Origin: the human T2T-CHM13v2.0 reference genome, Homo sapiens
Strand: one strand, 5' to 3'
DNA length: 64,000 nt
NCBI RefSeq assembly: GCF_009914755.1
Contig: NC_060941.1
Shown: piece after piece, positions 30,383 to 50,005 of the stretch
Numbering within the stretch: the stretch's first letter is position 1
Layout: every line of letters starts with the position of its first letter
Made by a program: the position numbers and the translations under genes
Notes under the pieces: generated by a model
Told to the model about the DNA's origin: nothing
The model's database searches: none
What the model saw: the letters and a program-made list of their open reading frames with translations, nothing else

Positions 30383-31953
30383 AGAAGTAATGGAAAGAAA
30401 AAAGGAAGAAGAATAATTCATTTAGTATCCATTCTGTTGGATGTTTTAATCCCTAGTCTTCTATATTTTGTGTGTTAATGTGAAACTATAATGACACAAA
30501 AATATAACTAAAGAAAGGCAAAAAAAATTCCTTTTTATGCATAATAAATTATAAGGGGACACTTGGTTTTTGAAATATTTTAATCTCAAAAAATCAAGTT
30601 TGTCAAGATGATGCATTGTCAGAGGCAGTATTTTTGTCAAAATGACACCTTCAAAGGTAGCATAAATAATAAGAATCACTGTTCAACATTATGAGGCAAT
30701 AATGTTATAAAAATAAGGGAACTAAAAAAAAAAAAATGGAAAGCAAAACATTATAATTATACCATTTCCAAAGCTGAAGTACATGGTTAGCTCTTTGAGG
30801 TCAGAATCTCAATTGTTCAGCTCCACCTGTATAGCCACTAGCAGAATGCCATGGAGATGGTCATAACAAATGTTCTTCGATTTAAGAAAGAAAACAAAGC
30901 AAGCATAGGACTTTATAGTCTACTGGAATTAACTTTAGAGCCTGTATATGACATAAATTGAAATGAGAACATATGGTACGGTATCTCTTTTCTAAAGTAT
31001 CTCACTAAAGAAAAACAAATTGTTGATAAATGTAACTAAAATATGTATCTGAGGGTTAGTAAATATGAGTAGTTTTTTAGCGGAGAAAACTAAGTTACAC
31101 AAGGACCTAATTAGTAGTGAAAAGTAGACTAGCCTGAAATTTAGGTGGTGGGGGTATGGAAGGAAGGATTAATATTAAAGAACTAATTTTGTAGAATTTG
31201 GTCATGCTAACAGTGTTTTTTTAAAAACAAACAAAACCCCCCCTCCCAAAAAACCAACAAGGAAGCCATTTCAGCAAGACCTGAACAGTTACTGCTAAAT
31301 CTGTTTTGTGGGTTGGAAAATTATTTTACATGCTGACCAAGCTGGGCCAGAGCTTCCTGGGTGAAAAAACACGTTCACAACTACTTAAAACATATATACT
31401 TCCAAACCAATAAAATATAATTTATGGAGTGGAATAAGATTCAATAGCAAGATCTGCCCCATAGATAATGAAATCTTTACTTGAACAGCTTGAAAATATT
31501 TACAATGAGTAGTTTCAGAAGCTTTATTGTTTAATATGAAAATTTTAGAGAGAGACAAGAAAGGAGAGAAAAACATAACCAGTTGAAGGTTAGGTTTAAC
31601 AAAATAGCCAGAATGAGCATTCACTCAGTAACAACTTAAAGACTCTTAATAGTGAAGATTAATAAGAAAGAAATGGTAAAACTTTCACTTATTTCCCATT
31701 TACAAAGAAAAAACAAAACAAACTGAGCACAGGAGGTTGGAGTTTTACAGTACTGTTTCTTTAAATGTTGGGGTTGGTTCAAGGAAAGATGCAAATAATT
31801 ATTTTATTTAGTAGGAAGTGCTTTTTTTTTTTTCTTTTAAGCTGAATTTCATCCTGTTGCTGTGATGATTGAGTGACTGTCACTGGAAGACATCTGGGTT
31901 TTTGTATCAAGGCCAGAGTTGGCTATTACATTAACAAGAAAATTAAAACTTAC

Positions 31954-31997
31954 TGTTGCAGGAGCTGGGGTGGGAGGTGGGGCATAAGATGGTCTTT
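31954..31997 (-). CDS. SMARCE1: SMARCE1 exon 3 (44 nt; KRPSYAPPPTPAPAT)
   Basis: CAG acceptor, GTAAGT donor, in frame with exons 2 and 4. Confidence 0.95.
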
Positions 31998-32173
31998 CTG
32001 TTTGAAAGAAAATAAATAACTTCTTGTAAACAACTGAGATATAATACTATGCAACAAAACTACCAATGGTCCTGTTTTGAAGAAAAAAAAATGAGAGTAT
32101 TTTGGAATTCCCACTTGCTAGGGCATTAGTCTCTTATTAACATAGATTGATAAATATAAAAATTGAAACTTAC

Positions 32174-32180
32174 TTGACAT
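32174..32180 (-). CDS. SMARCE1: SMARCE1 exon 2 coding part (ATG TCA A); whole exon 32174-32225
   Basis: Poly-T/TAG acceptor, AAAATG start, CAA|GTAAGT donor; joins exon 3 to give MSKRPSY. Confidence 0.93.
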
Positions 32181-33589
32181 TTTGGAAGATTAAGTTCTCA
32201 GTTCCTTAAGAATGAATCTGAGACACTAAAATAAAAAAAAAAGGAAAAAAAAAAGAGAATCAAAACTCAGCAAGCATACGAGAATGTTTTCCTAATGAAT
32301 AGGGTAATTTAATTGGTATTTCTGAGTAAAATTACTTCACCTTAATTCCTAGTAATTAAGCCTTTTGTGTATTTTAACTAGTTCTTATAGGTCATTTGGT
32401 TGATTAGAATTAAATGACTAAAATAAAGTACTGGGGATATTTAGAAATGTACTTTCAGGTTTTTTCTTGTGATACTAAGCTACCTCTTGTATGGAAAACA
32501 TTTTGCTGACGCCATGTAAACATTTCATCAGACTGATACAAGGATGAGAATAGAAAGTGATGTATTATCAGGGTCCAACGCAACAAGGCCTACCAGATAC
32601 TGACAGCTCCCTGATCAGCAACTGTATCATGCTTTTGGGATAACAATTTTTATTAAAATTAGGCAGCATTTTATTCCTGGAAGCAGTGCAAAAGGTAATT
32701 GGTATGACAATGAACTTCACATTCTCTTATAATGGTAAATAGCTTCATAAATGCTGGGAATAAATTTTGAGAGTCTACCTGAAAAACTTTTATTCATCAT
32801 TCACAGCCCATTTCAAAATTTTTCTCCTCAAGGGAACTTTCTTGATACATTACCTGGGCAGAATTAACTGCTCCCCCATCTGTATTCCTATACAGTTTAC
32901 ACAGATCTATATTATTATAACTTTTTTTTAACTTATCAATATGGCTAGATTGTATGCTACTTGGAAAGAGGGACCATGTCAGGACCTAGCTCAATTCTTA
33001 GGAAATTTTTTCCTAGTATTACCAGCTCACAACATAACCAGGCACATGTGAGCTTGTTCTTTACATCAACATACATCACAAATAGTGAGGTACAAAAAGA
33101 CAAAAATTCATCTTTGGAAAGAAGGCAAATAAACTTCTATGACTATTGGAGGTATTTGCAACCAAACATGTGGAATAGATCTGATTTTTCGCTTCTATTA
33201 TTAATTTTAAGGAAATTCCCTGGAGCATAAGGAATGAGTCCTGGTGTGGAAAGAAACAGCTCATTTTCTCAATGGTCCAACCTGAGTCTTTCCCTCTTAA
33301 AGAACAGCCAGAAACCTTTGACTCTGGTGTAGATTTCCTTTCTGCTCACATTAAGGGAGCTGTCAACATCCAGCAGGCCTCGCTGCAGGGGACCCTGACA
33401 ACTAACATAAGCTCCCTGTACGTTATACTTCATTGTTAATACTTTAAAATTATTGCTCTCTTTTGCTAGAATACAAAATTTAAGAGTGGGCTTGTACATT
33501 TGTCCACCGTTGGATCCATCTTTGGTGCCTGGCATAAAAATAAATACCCGATAAATATTTGTTCAAGAAATACTTTATACGGGGTACGC

Positions 33590-33760
33590 TTATGACACTA
33601 TTTCGCTTAACACTCACAAGTACTTTATATGTACAGCTATCCCCATTTTACAGATGAAACAAGGGAGTCTCGGAAAGTTTAAACAACTTGTCTGAAGCCA
33701 TATGCAGCCAGGAAGTGCCAAAGTTGGGTTTCAAACCCAGGCCAAACTATTTCAGAGCTC
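33590..33760 (-). mobile_element. MIR
   Basis: ccccattttacagatgaaac...aacttgtctgaagcc...ttcaaacccagg. Confidence 0.65.
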
Positions 33761-34049
33761 TGCTCGTCCTCAAGTCGCTGCCTGAACCAATGGGGGAACC
33801 TTCTGCCCGGGTGGGGGGTGAACCACGGACCTGCCTTGCCCACGGCTTCCTGAGGTCGCTCTCTTTGTCTTGGAGAATGTACTTTACTAGCAACTCCCCT
33901 AAAACGGGGTATTCACAGGTGCTTTGACCAATTTCGGGGGACTGGCCTTGCCTCCAAGGAGGGGGCCCCAGATGGGACTCCCTCCCAACCCTCGCTCTGC
34001 TAGGCCTCAAGGAGGCCTCAACCGGCTCCTGGCTCTGGCCCCACGGCCA

Positions 34050-35010
34050 AGGCTGAACCCCAGCAACCCCCGGGAACTCGGGGTCTAGCCAAGCGGGGAC
34101 ACCACGACTTGCACCCACCGACCCGGTCCGTCCCACTTGGAAACACTCACCCGCGGGCAGAAAAAGCGCCCGCAGCTCCGGCTTCGCTTCCCTTTGTCCC
34201 GCGCTCGCCCCGCCCCTCGCGTCCGGAGCTTCCGCACTCGCACTTTCCACACTCTTCTTAATTTTTTTTTTTTTCCGGGCCCCACCCGACCCTCTTTAGA
34301 AAAAATAACCTTCTAGTGAAGATGCGGTGATGCTTAGCACACTCAGGGATTTTTTTCAGGACCCATTGGATCCTCAAAACTCCCCGAATTTTGATACTTT
34401 CCCAGCCGGGCGCTGATTCGTCACGGCGAAGAGGGCCGAGGAGGCCCGACCTAACACAGAATAGGCCTGGGTTTAGCGGCTGTGAGGAGCCGGAGCCGCC
34501 GCAGCGACCGAGGAAGTGGCGGGAGGTGCCGAGCCTTGCGGAGGGGCGGTGGGGGCCGCGGTGGGAGACGGCGGATGGCGCTCAGCGCGAGGCCGCGGAA
34601 CCACTGTGGCAGCAAGCAGTTCGGCCAGACTCCCGCTGAGCCCGCTCCTGGAGGGGCCCTCCCCGACTCCGGTCTTGCTTTCCTTTAGGCTGTGGGTCAG
34701 AGTCTACACTTCACTAAACCTGGGATGGAGGCGTGGAGGACTTGCTTCGCGGCGTTTGCGTCCTCGCAGGCGCCTCGCAGGGCTTCCTGCCCTCACGGCG
34801 GGGGAGTAGCTTTGGCGAAAATCAGCACGAGTTCTGCAGTTTTTCCAAGCGCTTTTAGGGTGTAATCGTCCCAGGTTTCTAAGCCAAGGCCCGGAGAGTT
34901 GACCCCCTCGCAACAGCTTGTGTGTCCTTGCAGCGCCGCGGGTGCCACCTGGTCTCCGCCTCAGCGCTGCCTCGGCTCCTTCGGTTCCCACCAGCGGGAA
35001 CGACCGTCCC
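34050..35010. promoter_or_regulatory. CpG island / SMARCE1 promoter (GC box 34207-34216, ETS-like sites 34229-34234 and 34510-34518)
   Basis: Sharp rise in GC and CpG density around exon 1; GGGGCGGGGC and CGGAAG/AGGAAGTG motifs; no TATA box seen. Confidence 0.9.
34151..34250 (-). other. SMARCE1: SMARCE1 exon 1 (non-coding 5'UTR; 5' end approximate)
   Basis: GC-rich exon ending CGG|GTGAGT donor (ac at 34149-34150), inside the CpG island; splices to the exon 2 acceptor at 32226-32227. Confidence 0.88.
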
Positions 35011-35749
35011 CACTTTCAGCTTAAACTCATCTGTCCTTCTGGATCCAGCTCAGAGGTCTCTTTGTGATGCCCTCCTGGAACTTCCCCCCTAGTAATCCTT
35101 CCTTTGTATTCCCGTGGCTCTTTGATAATAATGGTTGGAGTCCTGAACCCGACCCTTTGTATCGGACCGTGTTTGTCATCTCCAGTGCTTTATGAAGGCC
35201 TTGAAAGCAAGGTTCAGCCGTCTGTATTGGTCATCTTCCCATTGCCAGTGCCTACGAAGGGCTTGACCCATTCATTGTTAGACGCTCAGTAAGTGTGTAT
35301 TGAGGCAGCCCTCTGTGCCACTCCAGGGCTCTTTCCACTAAATCATGAGTATGTTGGTTTACCAGATGGAATGAGTAGCCTCTTCTTTGGATACATAAAC
35401 ACCCGATGGATATTGTGGGTCACTGTGGAGGGAGAATGAACGTATGGGATCCCTGACCTGTGGTTACTGGAAAACAGTTGACATTTAGAGAGAGGCTGAA
35501 TTCTTGGGCTTCCCGTAGCCCCCATCCTGAGTGTGCCAACAGGGACTAGAAGCATCTCTAGTCTGCAAAGCGAGGAACAAGTGATACTCTGTCCAATTTT
35601 TCCAATATTGTTATACTCATGAATAGAGATTAATGAAATTGAAGAGCATATTCAAGAGAAAGACTAAAGGAGAAGTCGTCTGCCCCGTGGACAGGCAGCT
35701 TGAGTGGTGCTTGAGAAAATGTACATGAAATTGCTTGTTAAAAAATATT

Positions 35750-36284
<535 letters not shown>

Positions 36285-36527
36285 CTATAGTAGGAAAGGG
36301 GTGGCCCAAAAACGGCAAAAAGGGAAAGGAGGGGACCTAAGTGGAGCAGTGACATTGTCTGATACACTTTCTCACTGGGTTTCTGCTCAGATGTCACCTT
36401 CTTAGTAGGTGTTTCCTGACCTTTTTAAAATTGCATCTCATTCCCCAACCCCCGGTGTCTGTTCATGGCCTGTGCTTTACTTTTTCTGTAGCACTTGTCG
36501 CTACCTAACATACTATACTTCTTATGA

Positions 36528-36851
<324 letters not shown>

Positions 36852-36994
36852 GTCTTTTTTTTCCCATCAGGGTGGAGATTTTGACATCTGGAACAGTACA
36901 CAGCACATTTAGATGCTCAATACTTGTGGAGTAAATAAATGAATGACTCATTTTCTTCGCTTGGTTCTTTCTCTACCAAAGATTTGAAAAATTA

Positions 36995-37215
<221 letters not shown>

Positions 37216-38409
37216 GGATATAGGCAAGAGATAATAGAAAAATAATCTGTTCTCTAGTCCTGAAGAAACTAAAACTGAAGAGTGAATTATCCAGCAAGAT
37301 GGACTTTACTTATTATGAGTTTTTTTCCCCCAAAGCAAACACCAGAACATATGCTCTTGCCTTTAGAAGGATATTTATGGTAACTACAGGACAGATGTTT
37401 GGAGTTGTGATTATTCCCAGAAAATTTGGGATACAGCATCAATATGACTATTTAAACTAAATATAACTATAAGGGTAGTTGGGAGCACTCACGTGGGACC
37501 AGTGGTTAACCCCAGAGATAATCTTAGGCCCAATTAAGACCTAACTTAGGCCTTAGTTTTCATTCTGGCAGCAAGATCCAGAAACGTGGCCTGCTTTCCC
37601 CTCTGACACTACTCATACTTTTTTGGGGTTCTTCTTTCCCCAAGACAGGGAAGCCAAAACTAAGTAAGCTAAGGTTCTAGTCCAGGTGTCTTTGAGTTCT
37701 TTCCATTGTTCTGTGGGAAGAAACGGGTGATGGAGACAGAGTTAGGGGTAGGACTGGGAAGAAAGGAGAAAAAAGGAGAAAATAAGACAGAATAAGGAAA
37801 AACCTGAAGTCCTTGGACACCCAGTAGTCCATGAATAGGCTCTAAGTGATCTATGAACCCTTTAAAATTATACTCAATTTTTATGGGCTTTTTTCCTGAT
37901 AGGTTAATTCTTTCATGAGATTTTCAAAGAGGTGCGTGACTCAAGAAAGATTATGAACCAACCACTGAGCCATGGAGTTTGTAGTATGTTCTTTTGAAGC
38001 TTTTATAATGGATTTTTTTTTTCTTAAACAAGGGAAAGCGAGAGCAAAGCTTTACTTGACCCAAATAGCCTATGAAAGTCTGATTATAGACAAAATGATG
38101 AAACAAACTAATTTTCTCAGCTGTTTCTGTGAGAGCAGAAGGAGTTATGGGTATTCTGTTTTCTGTAGCTGGAAATAGTTGTGAAATATTGAAGTTTAGC
38201 AGCTTTCCAGGACAGAGTGATCCACACTGTTTTACAGAATTTAAAAAGCACGGTTTGCTTTGAGAACCCTCTATGTTGCCCTCAAAATAACCTGGAGGAT
38301 TTGGGACATGAGTGTTGCCCCATGGTGTGGAAAAGGATGAACGTTGAAAACAGGGTAGAGCTGGAGAATCTGGGTTGTGGGGTCTATTATCCACTGATAA
38401 TATTGGGAG

Positions 38410-38645
38410 TCTAGGGCACAGTAGCCAAACGAGATTGTTGCAGGCCGTTATCTGGGCTGCCTCCTGTTTTTGTAATAAACCCTTATTTGGACACAAGCAC
38501 CTTCATTTATTTACGTATTGTCTTTGGTTGCTTGTGGTTACAAGGGAAGGGTTGTGTAGTTGTTACAGGGATCCTATGGCCTGAAAAGCCTAAAATATTT
38601 GCTCTCTGGGCTTCGATGGAAAAGGTTGCCAAGCCTGGTCTAGAG
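38410..38645 (-). mobile_element. MER58A-like DNA transposon
   Basis: aagcctaaaatatttgctctctgg...gaaaaggttgcc; reverse of the element at 16640. Confidence 0.65.
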
Positions 38646-38946
38646 TCTAAGCATGTGAGGGAAACTTGGAAAGCCTTGTACTGATTTTCACATATACCTT
38701 ATTTTAGAGCCTTTATTTGTCATATGCCCACAAATATTGGCAATCTGTGTGTACATGCCGGCCATAACTTGTAAACATAGAACCAAATTCTGCCCTGTGG
38801 ACAAACTTTCCTTTGATTTCATGTGTTGATAATTTGAGTAACGTGTATGCATATTGTTTAACTAAAATTTAATTTTGGCTCATGTATCATAATACATTTC
38901 CAATGGAAACTTTCAAATTAATGTAAGCATTTTTTGACTTCAGAGA

Positions 38947-39741
<795 letters not shown>

Positions 39742-40618
39742 ATAGAGAACATTTTTATACTTTAGACACTGTGCTTGGCATAGAGAACATTTTTTGTACT
39801 TTAAAAGCTATCATGACAGAACAGTTCAAATTGGGTGACTCACTGGGAAAGAATAACTGTTCTGGAAGCAATTGAAAAATTAAAAATAGTATCTTTACCT
39901 GTTGTGTTTTGAACTATTAATCATTGTCCGCTGTAATTTCCCCCACACATTCTTTAAAGACAATTTTCTTCCAAATAGTACTGTATATCTGAGCAGTGCT
40001 TTAACAAATATTTTTGCTTGTATATTATTTCAAACAACTGTAAGGTAGGTAGAGTAGGAATTATTATCCAGCTTTACCTTTTCCTTTGTTTTCAAGTGTA
40101 AAACTTGAGGCCTAGGAACTTAAAGTGGCCCCTCCTGGTTACATGGTTAGTGACAGAGCCAGGGTTAGGATCCTACAATTGTTAGTAACTGGAATTACTC
40201 TTTATTTTTGTATTTTTTTATGGAAGCATGCATTTGAAACATTTCAGAGAGATTAAAGAATATTAATTTCTACTCATGTGTAAAGCAAGGATAATATTAT
40301 TCATTTTGTAGGATTGTTGTAAGGAAGGATTAGGGATTATTAGGGATAAACACAGTGCCTAGAGCTGAGTAAGTGCTTTGCAAATGGTGCTGCCATTATT
40401 AAACTTTTTCCAGAACTATGGGATTATGTGATTATTTTGATTTTTAAAAAACTAGAATAAAATATTGATATACCATTCTTAACTCTTTTGTAAAACAAGT
40501 TAAAAACCATTATCTATCTACTGTGATTGCAGTTTTCTTTATTCCCCAAATGAACTAACCATACTGGAGTAATTAGTTCTTTGTTTCACTTAACCATGCA
40601 GAGATATTTTTGAACTAA

Positions 40619-40867
<249 letters not shown>

Positions 40868-41041
40868 TAAATTCATATCCCAATTTAAAATGCCCCAAAG
40901 CAAATAAAGCTTCATTATAAATTCAAATACTGTATTTTAAAATCTACATGTTATACACCCAATAGATGCATACTGGAATTGCTACAACAAGCAGTTACAT
41001 TCATGACGACCAGTACTAAGTTTTTTTTAACACTGCAATAG

Positions 41042-42779
41042 ATTATGCTAGATATATTGCTTTATTATGATCACTGTTGCTTAGTACAGTAACTTTAGTA
41101 CAATAGCTTATATGATTGCATTTTTAAAGCTTTAATAAAGTTAGTAGCATTTAGCAATATCAAATGAAACATTTTTTATGTATAGGATGTATTTTAGGTC
41201 AGATGCTTATGCAAGAATAAGCACTTAACATGCTGTTATATCCTTGACAAAACAAAATCATCCCTTTTCACTAAATAGAATAAACCAGACTAAAAGGAAT
41301 CTGAAGTAATTGAAAGAAAATTAAAAATTTTATATCCCTGTATTATGTTAAAGATTATTTAACATAATATTTTCCTGGTTAAAACATACATTTTTCTGGT
41401 TGAAATATATATATACATATATATAAATTATATATATGTATATATATAATAAGTATATATGGAGAGAGAGATAGAGGAGAAGAGAGAGGAGAGAGAGAGA
41501 GAAATATTTTAAAGGCTGTACTAAAATGCTAACGTAGCTATAGCCCTTAGATGATACTTTAGCTGGGAAAAAGTATGGTGAGTTGTACTCAGCTACTTTT
41601 TCTGCTTAGAAAAGAATTAAGAACTTATAAATTTCTAATGTCTTAAAACAGGTATTTATTAAGATCTTAAATATACCTGTATTAAACAAATTAGGTTATT
41701 TTAAAAACTTTGCAACAATACCTCACTTATTCACAAATATATTTTCTACCCATATTTATTACAATTTGAACGATTTAAAAACAAATCCTCTAAATACTCT
41801 TAGCTTAGATAACAATACCGTTATCTTAGTTCACATAAATGATTGCAAGAAATATTTATAATACTTCATATAGTATCTTATCTACGGCTTATAGCAAACA
41901 ATCTAATCACATTTAGCTTTACAGTTGGAAAAACTGGGATGGTGGGTAACTGTTCTGATAACTATAGTAACTACCTTTTCAATTTGCTTTTCATGTTTTG
42001 TTTGCGCAGTTGGCCTTCTGATTTTTTTTCTTTTTTTGGTGGGGGATACAACCTTTAAAGTTCCTTGAGTAAAGTAAATCTTCCGGAAATCAGATACTTA
42101 TTACAAAAAAAACCTTTTAGATATATGTAGATTAACTTAATTGTACTTATCTCAAATTAGCCCTGGGGTGTGTTCTATAGTTTGCTCAGAATTTCTCATG
42201 GAAAATAACTCATTTTTCTCAGTATACAAATGATTTATCTCAAAAAGAAGAATCCTCATTAGGTGAATAGTGAGTCCCCCTTTAAAAACTTGTTTATAAT
42301 TGCTCTTTTTGAAAAATAGAACAAACATTGTAGGTTTAACCAGTCATGGAATAATGGTGAATAACTCAGTGTGACTCTTAACACAATCCTATTCAAACAA
42401 TTCTTTTTTCCTTAGCGTATTCAGCCATTGAAAAAAATTACAAAGACTTTACTAAACCAGGTTAATGCTTACAGTCTCTGATGAAGTTTCAAGGGAAAAA
42501 GAAGACTATTGGGAGAATATAAAGAAAGAGACTGTACTGGATTTGTGATTTTATTTTTAAGCTACTCCCTCTCATTCATATATATATATATATGTCTATC
42601 TCCATAATTAGATTCAGAGAAATGTCCTTTATTGTTTTTTTCTTCTGAAGAGAACCACATATTGATCATAACATTTTCCATACATACGTAATAACTTACA
42701 TTTTGGGACAGAGGGAGTTGGTATGGCCCACCTTGGTCCATCCTAACATTTTCCAATCAAGTCAAATACTATCTTTGGA
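41042..42779 (-). other. KRT222: KRT222 3'UTR (AT-rich; AATAAA candidates at 42628, 42550, 41655, 41061)
   Basis: Downstream of stop; several tttatt hexamers on plus strand; true end not determinable from sequence alone. Confidence 0.55.
41405..41502. repeat. (AT)n-(GA)n compound microsatellite
   Basis: Direct inspection. Confidence 0.85.
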
Positions 42780-43052
<273 letters not shown>

Positions 43053-43304
43053 CTATTAAAAATATGTATTATATATTTCATATCTATGGAAAAATCAAGA
43101 AATTTGTATAATTTATAGTGTATAGAATTTATAATGTACATACTTTAAAAATCATATGAATAGAATTTCAAAGGAATTGTATGGAATTTCTCTTTAGGAA
43201 TTCTCATGTTTGGGTTGTATTTTTGGAAAAAAACGGCAAAGTAAGGATTCAGTACTCTTCCATGAGTTTTTATGTATATATGTCAGATTAAAAATCACAG
43301 TATA

Positions 43305-43615
<311 letters not shown>

Positions 43616-43728
43616 CTAAAACTATGTTTGGAAACATTTAAACAAAGAAGAGTAATTACTGGGATTACGCAAAGTTAATTTCTTTACATATATTTATTAT
43701 TATTTCTTAGTCAAAGTTTCTTTACTTA

Positions 43729-43890
<162 letters not shown>

Positions 43891-44037
43891 TTAAATTACA
43901 GTATTGAATTACTGTTCACAAATTATATTCAAACTTTTATTCAAATATTGCTTGTTTTTTTTCGACTTTAAAGTATTTAATTTCCTTATAAAGTAATCCC
44001 TGTAAATAGTACATCACTTTTCAAATGAGTTTATTTA

Positions 44038-44151
<114 letters not shown>

Positions 44152-44849
44152 TTAAGAGCAACACTGTATCAGCAAATAATTAAAACAAACAGGAGAATGG
44201 ATAAATCGTATATTCACGCAATAGAAACACTATTTAACTGAAAAGAAATGAACTAAGGCTTCACCGTATCTTTATGGATTGATCCCCTAAGAATAATATT
44301 GAGTGAAAAAAGAAGTTTTATAGTTTTATAAAGTTTAGAATAATATGCAAAACAATTTCATACTTTGTAGGAATACATACATATTACCATAAATAAATGT
44401 ATGGGACTAATAAGCATCAAATTCAGAAGCCAGGTCAGGTAGAGGGAGGAGCATGAGATTAGGGTATGTGGCTTAGGTGTCCAGGGAACTTCAACAACAT
44501 TGGAAACATTTTACTCTTTTTTTTTTTTTTGGAACTATTTTTCTTCTTAAACTGGGGGAAGTGGGTACAGAGGTGGTCATTATATTTTTTTGAAATTTTC
44601 TTGTATATCTCAAGTGTAGCCTAATTTTTTTAAAGTTTTACTATGCAAATATTAAAGACTTTGATCAATATCTTGAATGATTAGGAATTAAATAAAATTC
44701 ACAACCATTCATTTTATTTAACAATTATATAGTTACATGTATATAGGAACTGGAATGATTAGGAATTAAAATTTATAACCATTTAACTATATAGTTACAT
44801 ATATACATATACATATGTATATACATGATATGTATACACACACATTTAC

Positions 44850-45025
44850 ATAGAACTTACAATGTGCCAGGTATTGTTTTAAGCACTTTACAAACATTAA
44901 CTCATTTAATCCTCACAGCAATCCTATGAGGTAGGTAGTAGTATTATTCCCATTTTACAGATGAGAAAACTGAGGCACACAGAGGTTAAGTAACTTGCCC
45001 AAGGTCACTCAGCTAGTAAGTGGTA
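44850..45025 (-). mobile_element. MIR (well preserved)
   Basis: ctcatttaatcctcac...cccattttacagatgagaaaactgaggcac...aacttgcccaaggtcac. Confidence 0.85.
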
Positions 45026-45392
45026 TATTTTTGATTCAGTTTATGTTTTTTCAAAGATTTAATAAATGTCAAGATTTATTATAGGCTAAAGTTGTTTCAC
45101 CTAGTTTTCATCTAGTTTTATAGAGGACTTAGAATTTGGAAGCAAGCAAGAATAAAGATTTTTTCATGGAGAATTGGAGGTTATGTCATGCTCAAAGCAA
45201 TATGACCTTATAAGTCATTACAGATTATGATGTATGAATTAACAAGAATTCCTCTTTTGATATCTTTTCCTATCAGGATATCTGGTAGTCTTTTAAATCA
45301 TGACTCAAAATAATATTGCTTTCCGTGGTTGTAATATAATTACGTTAGAGTAATGATTACTGTTTTGAGGTTTGATGTGTGGTATAGGGTGA

Positions 45393-47941
<2,549 letters not shown>

Positions 47942-48247
47942 TAAATATTTTTTATTCGACGTCTCAATGGCATGGATAAAAGAATCTCCACTGTTAAGAC
48001 TTTGGATAATAACGAATGCTCTATTCCCTATCTTCAGCAACTAGAAAATCCCAAGGTAATAAGAAAGGATTTCTTCATTTTTACAGGTCTGAACTAAACC
48101 TTGAGTGAGTTGGTAACAGCCACTGCCACAATGGAGGGAGGGGTGAGTAATTAAACTAGGATCAGGGATAGAATTCAGTGGCCTTGATTTCCAGTTTCTC
48201 ATGGTAAATAAACAGACATTCATCTTTTCCTTCTCTTAATCAAATCA

Positions 48248-48421
<174 letters not shown>

Positions 48422-49589
48422 CTAACAAGAAAGCCAACAGCAACAATAACAAACAAAAAACAAGGAGTGCTTCTGAAAATGAGATGTGTAAAAGCAATTA
48501 TAGAAAAATTGTATAGGAATCAAAGCATTTTTCCTTAACTCATTAGATTATAATGTGTGTCCTAGTGCCTAGTTAACTAATTAAATATGTAAGTCCATTG
48601 CGTTCTTAGCCCGTTTTCTCCTATGTTAAATGATTTCAAGAAATCCCTTCCAACTATGACAATCTGTGAAATATGGAAAAATACATTTACATGAATGAAA
48701 ACAGTTTGCAGGACCAAGATTCGTGATCTCTGATTTTTAACTTTTCATTATTTATGGATCACTAGGAGGAAGGATTGAAAATTAGCTATTTCCCCCCACA
48801 TTTTCTTGTAGGCTGCTTTGCAGAAGCAGATAAACAGCCGTACCCCCAAAACTGATCAATTCTGGGACCAGGTATAGGGATAGGGCGTAAATACTGCTAG
48901 GAAATACATTACTAGTAATTTAGAGAATTAAGTTGTTATAGGCAATAAGGCTCACAAATAGACTTCCATATTAAGAAAATCTGTTGATTGACCTTTTTCA
49001 AGATGATCTTTTTAAAAGGCATATTAATTTTGGGTATCTGGGTAATAAAATGAATAAATAATAAAAATGACTTCTCTAAGGATTGTTTTCTAAATATTCT
49101 CCTATTAAAAAAGTAGAATATTTTATATTTAGCTTTAAATGTTTTTATGTTGATGTTGAAATGAAAAGAAAGTATCTGTTGACAGAATTTTTAACATTTG
49201 GCCCCAGGAACAGTGAGAACAATGTATAGAATTGATTGTAGCATTTTGAAGCAAAATTTATAACTTTTAATTTTCTTATAAAAATATATTTTAACATTTA
49301 AAAATTTAATTTTATCATACATTAGATTTTTTTAAAAAAACGTTGAAGTAAATGAAAGTTTATGAATAAAGTTTAGGGCAAGGTATTGGAGAACAAAATT
49401 CGTACATTTCTTTTGGTTTGTTGAAAATCTGTTCTTAGTGTTAACTTGGCAAAGTCAGGCAGCAAGCAACACCTACCAGAGCAACTACAGAAGGTAAAGT
49501 AAGGAATTTTGGAGAGAAGAAAACAGAAAAATGCTGGTATCTGCTGGTCTTGTGGCTTTCAAATATGGAACTGGCAGCTAAGCTTGTTC

Positions 49590-50005
49590 GGTAACTACAG
49601 TCCCAAGATGGCCCCTAAAGAAGTCTATCTCCCAAGATGAGTCCTAGGGTGATCCCCTTCTACATTGACTCTGGGCTGACCTGGGTCTTGCTTTAACCAG
49701 TAGAATGAGGCAGAAGGAATGCTGTGCCACTTCTAGACCTAAGTCTTAGGAAGCCTGATAGCTTCCACTTCTATGCTTTTGGGAGCCTTGGGCCAATATG
49801 CAAGAAGTCTGGATACCCTGCTGGAGAGATCCTGTAGAAAGGCCAGATGGAGAGAGACCCTGAGGCTACGTGAAGTGAGAGAGAAAGTCCCAGCAGAGCC
49901 AGCCTTTCGGCAATGCCCTGCCAAAGTGCCAGACACATAAGTGAGCCCAGTCATGCCCCAAGACGATTGAGGTCCCAGATGAGTTTTGGGGTGTTATACA
50001 ACAAT
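49590..50005 (+). mobile_element. MLT1 (ERVL-MaLR) LTR
   Basis: ccaagatggcccc...cttgctttaaccagtagaatgaggcagaag...gttttggggtgtta pattern. Confidence 0.65.

Noticed and set aside
33747-34991. Several ORFs over the CpG island
   Set aside because: GC-rich, stop-poor sequence; the SMARCE1 ATG is in exon 2
37951-38496. 181-aa minus-strand ORF between the genes
   Set aside because: Non-ATG start inside a MER58 element; no homology recognised
44675-44810. Imperfect duplication gaatgattaggaattaaa...tatatagttacat in KRT222 intron 3
   Set aside because: AT-rich slippage next to a (TA)n tract; no functional cue
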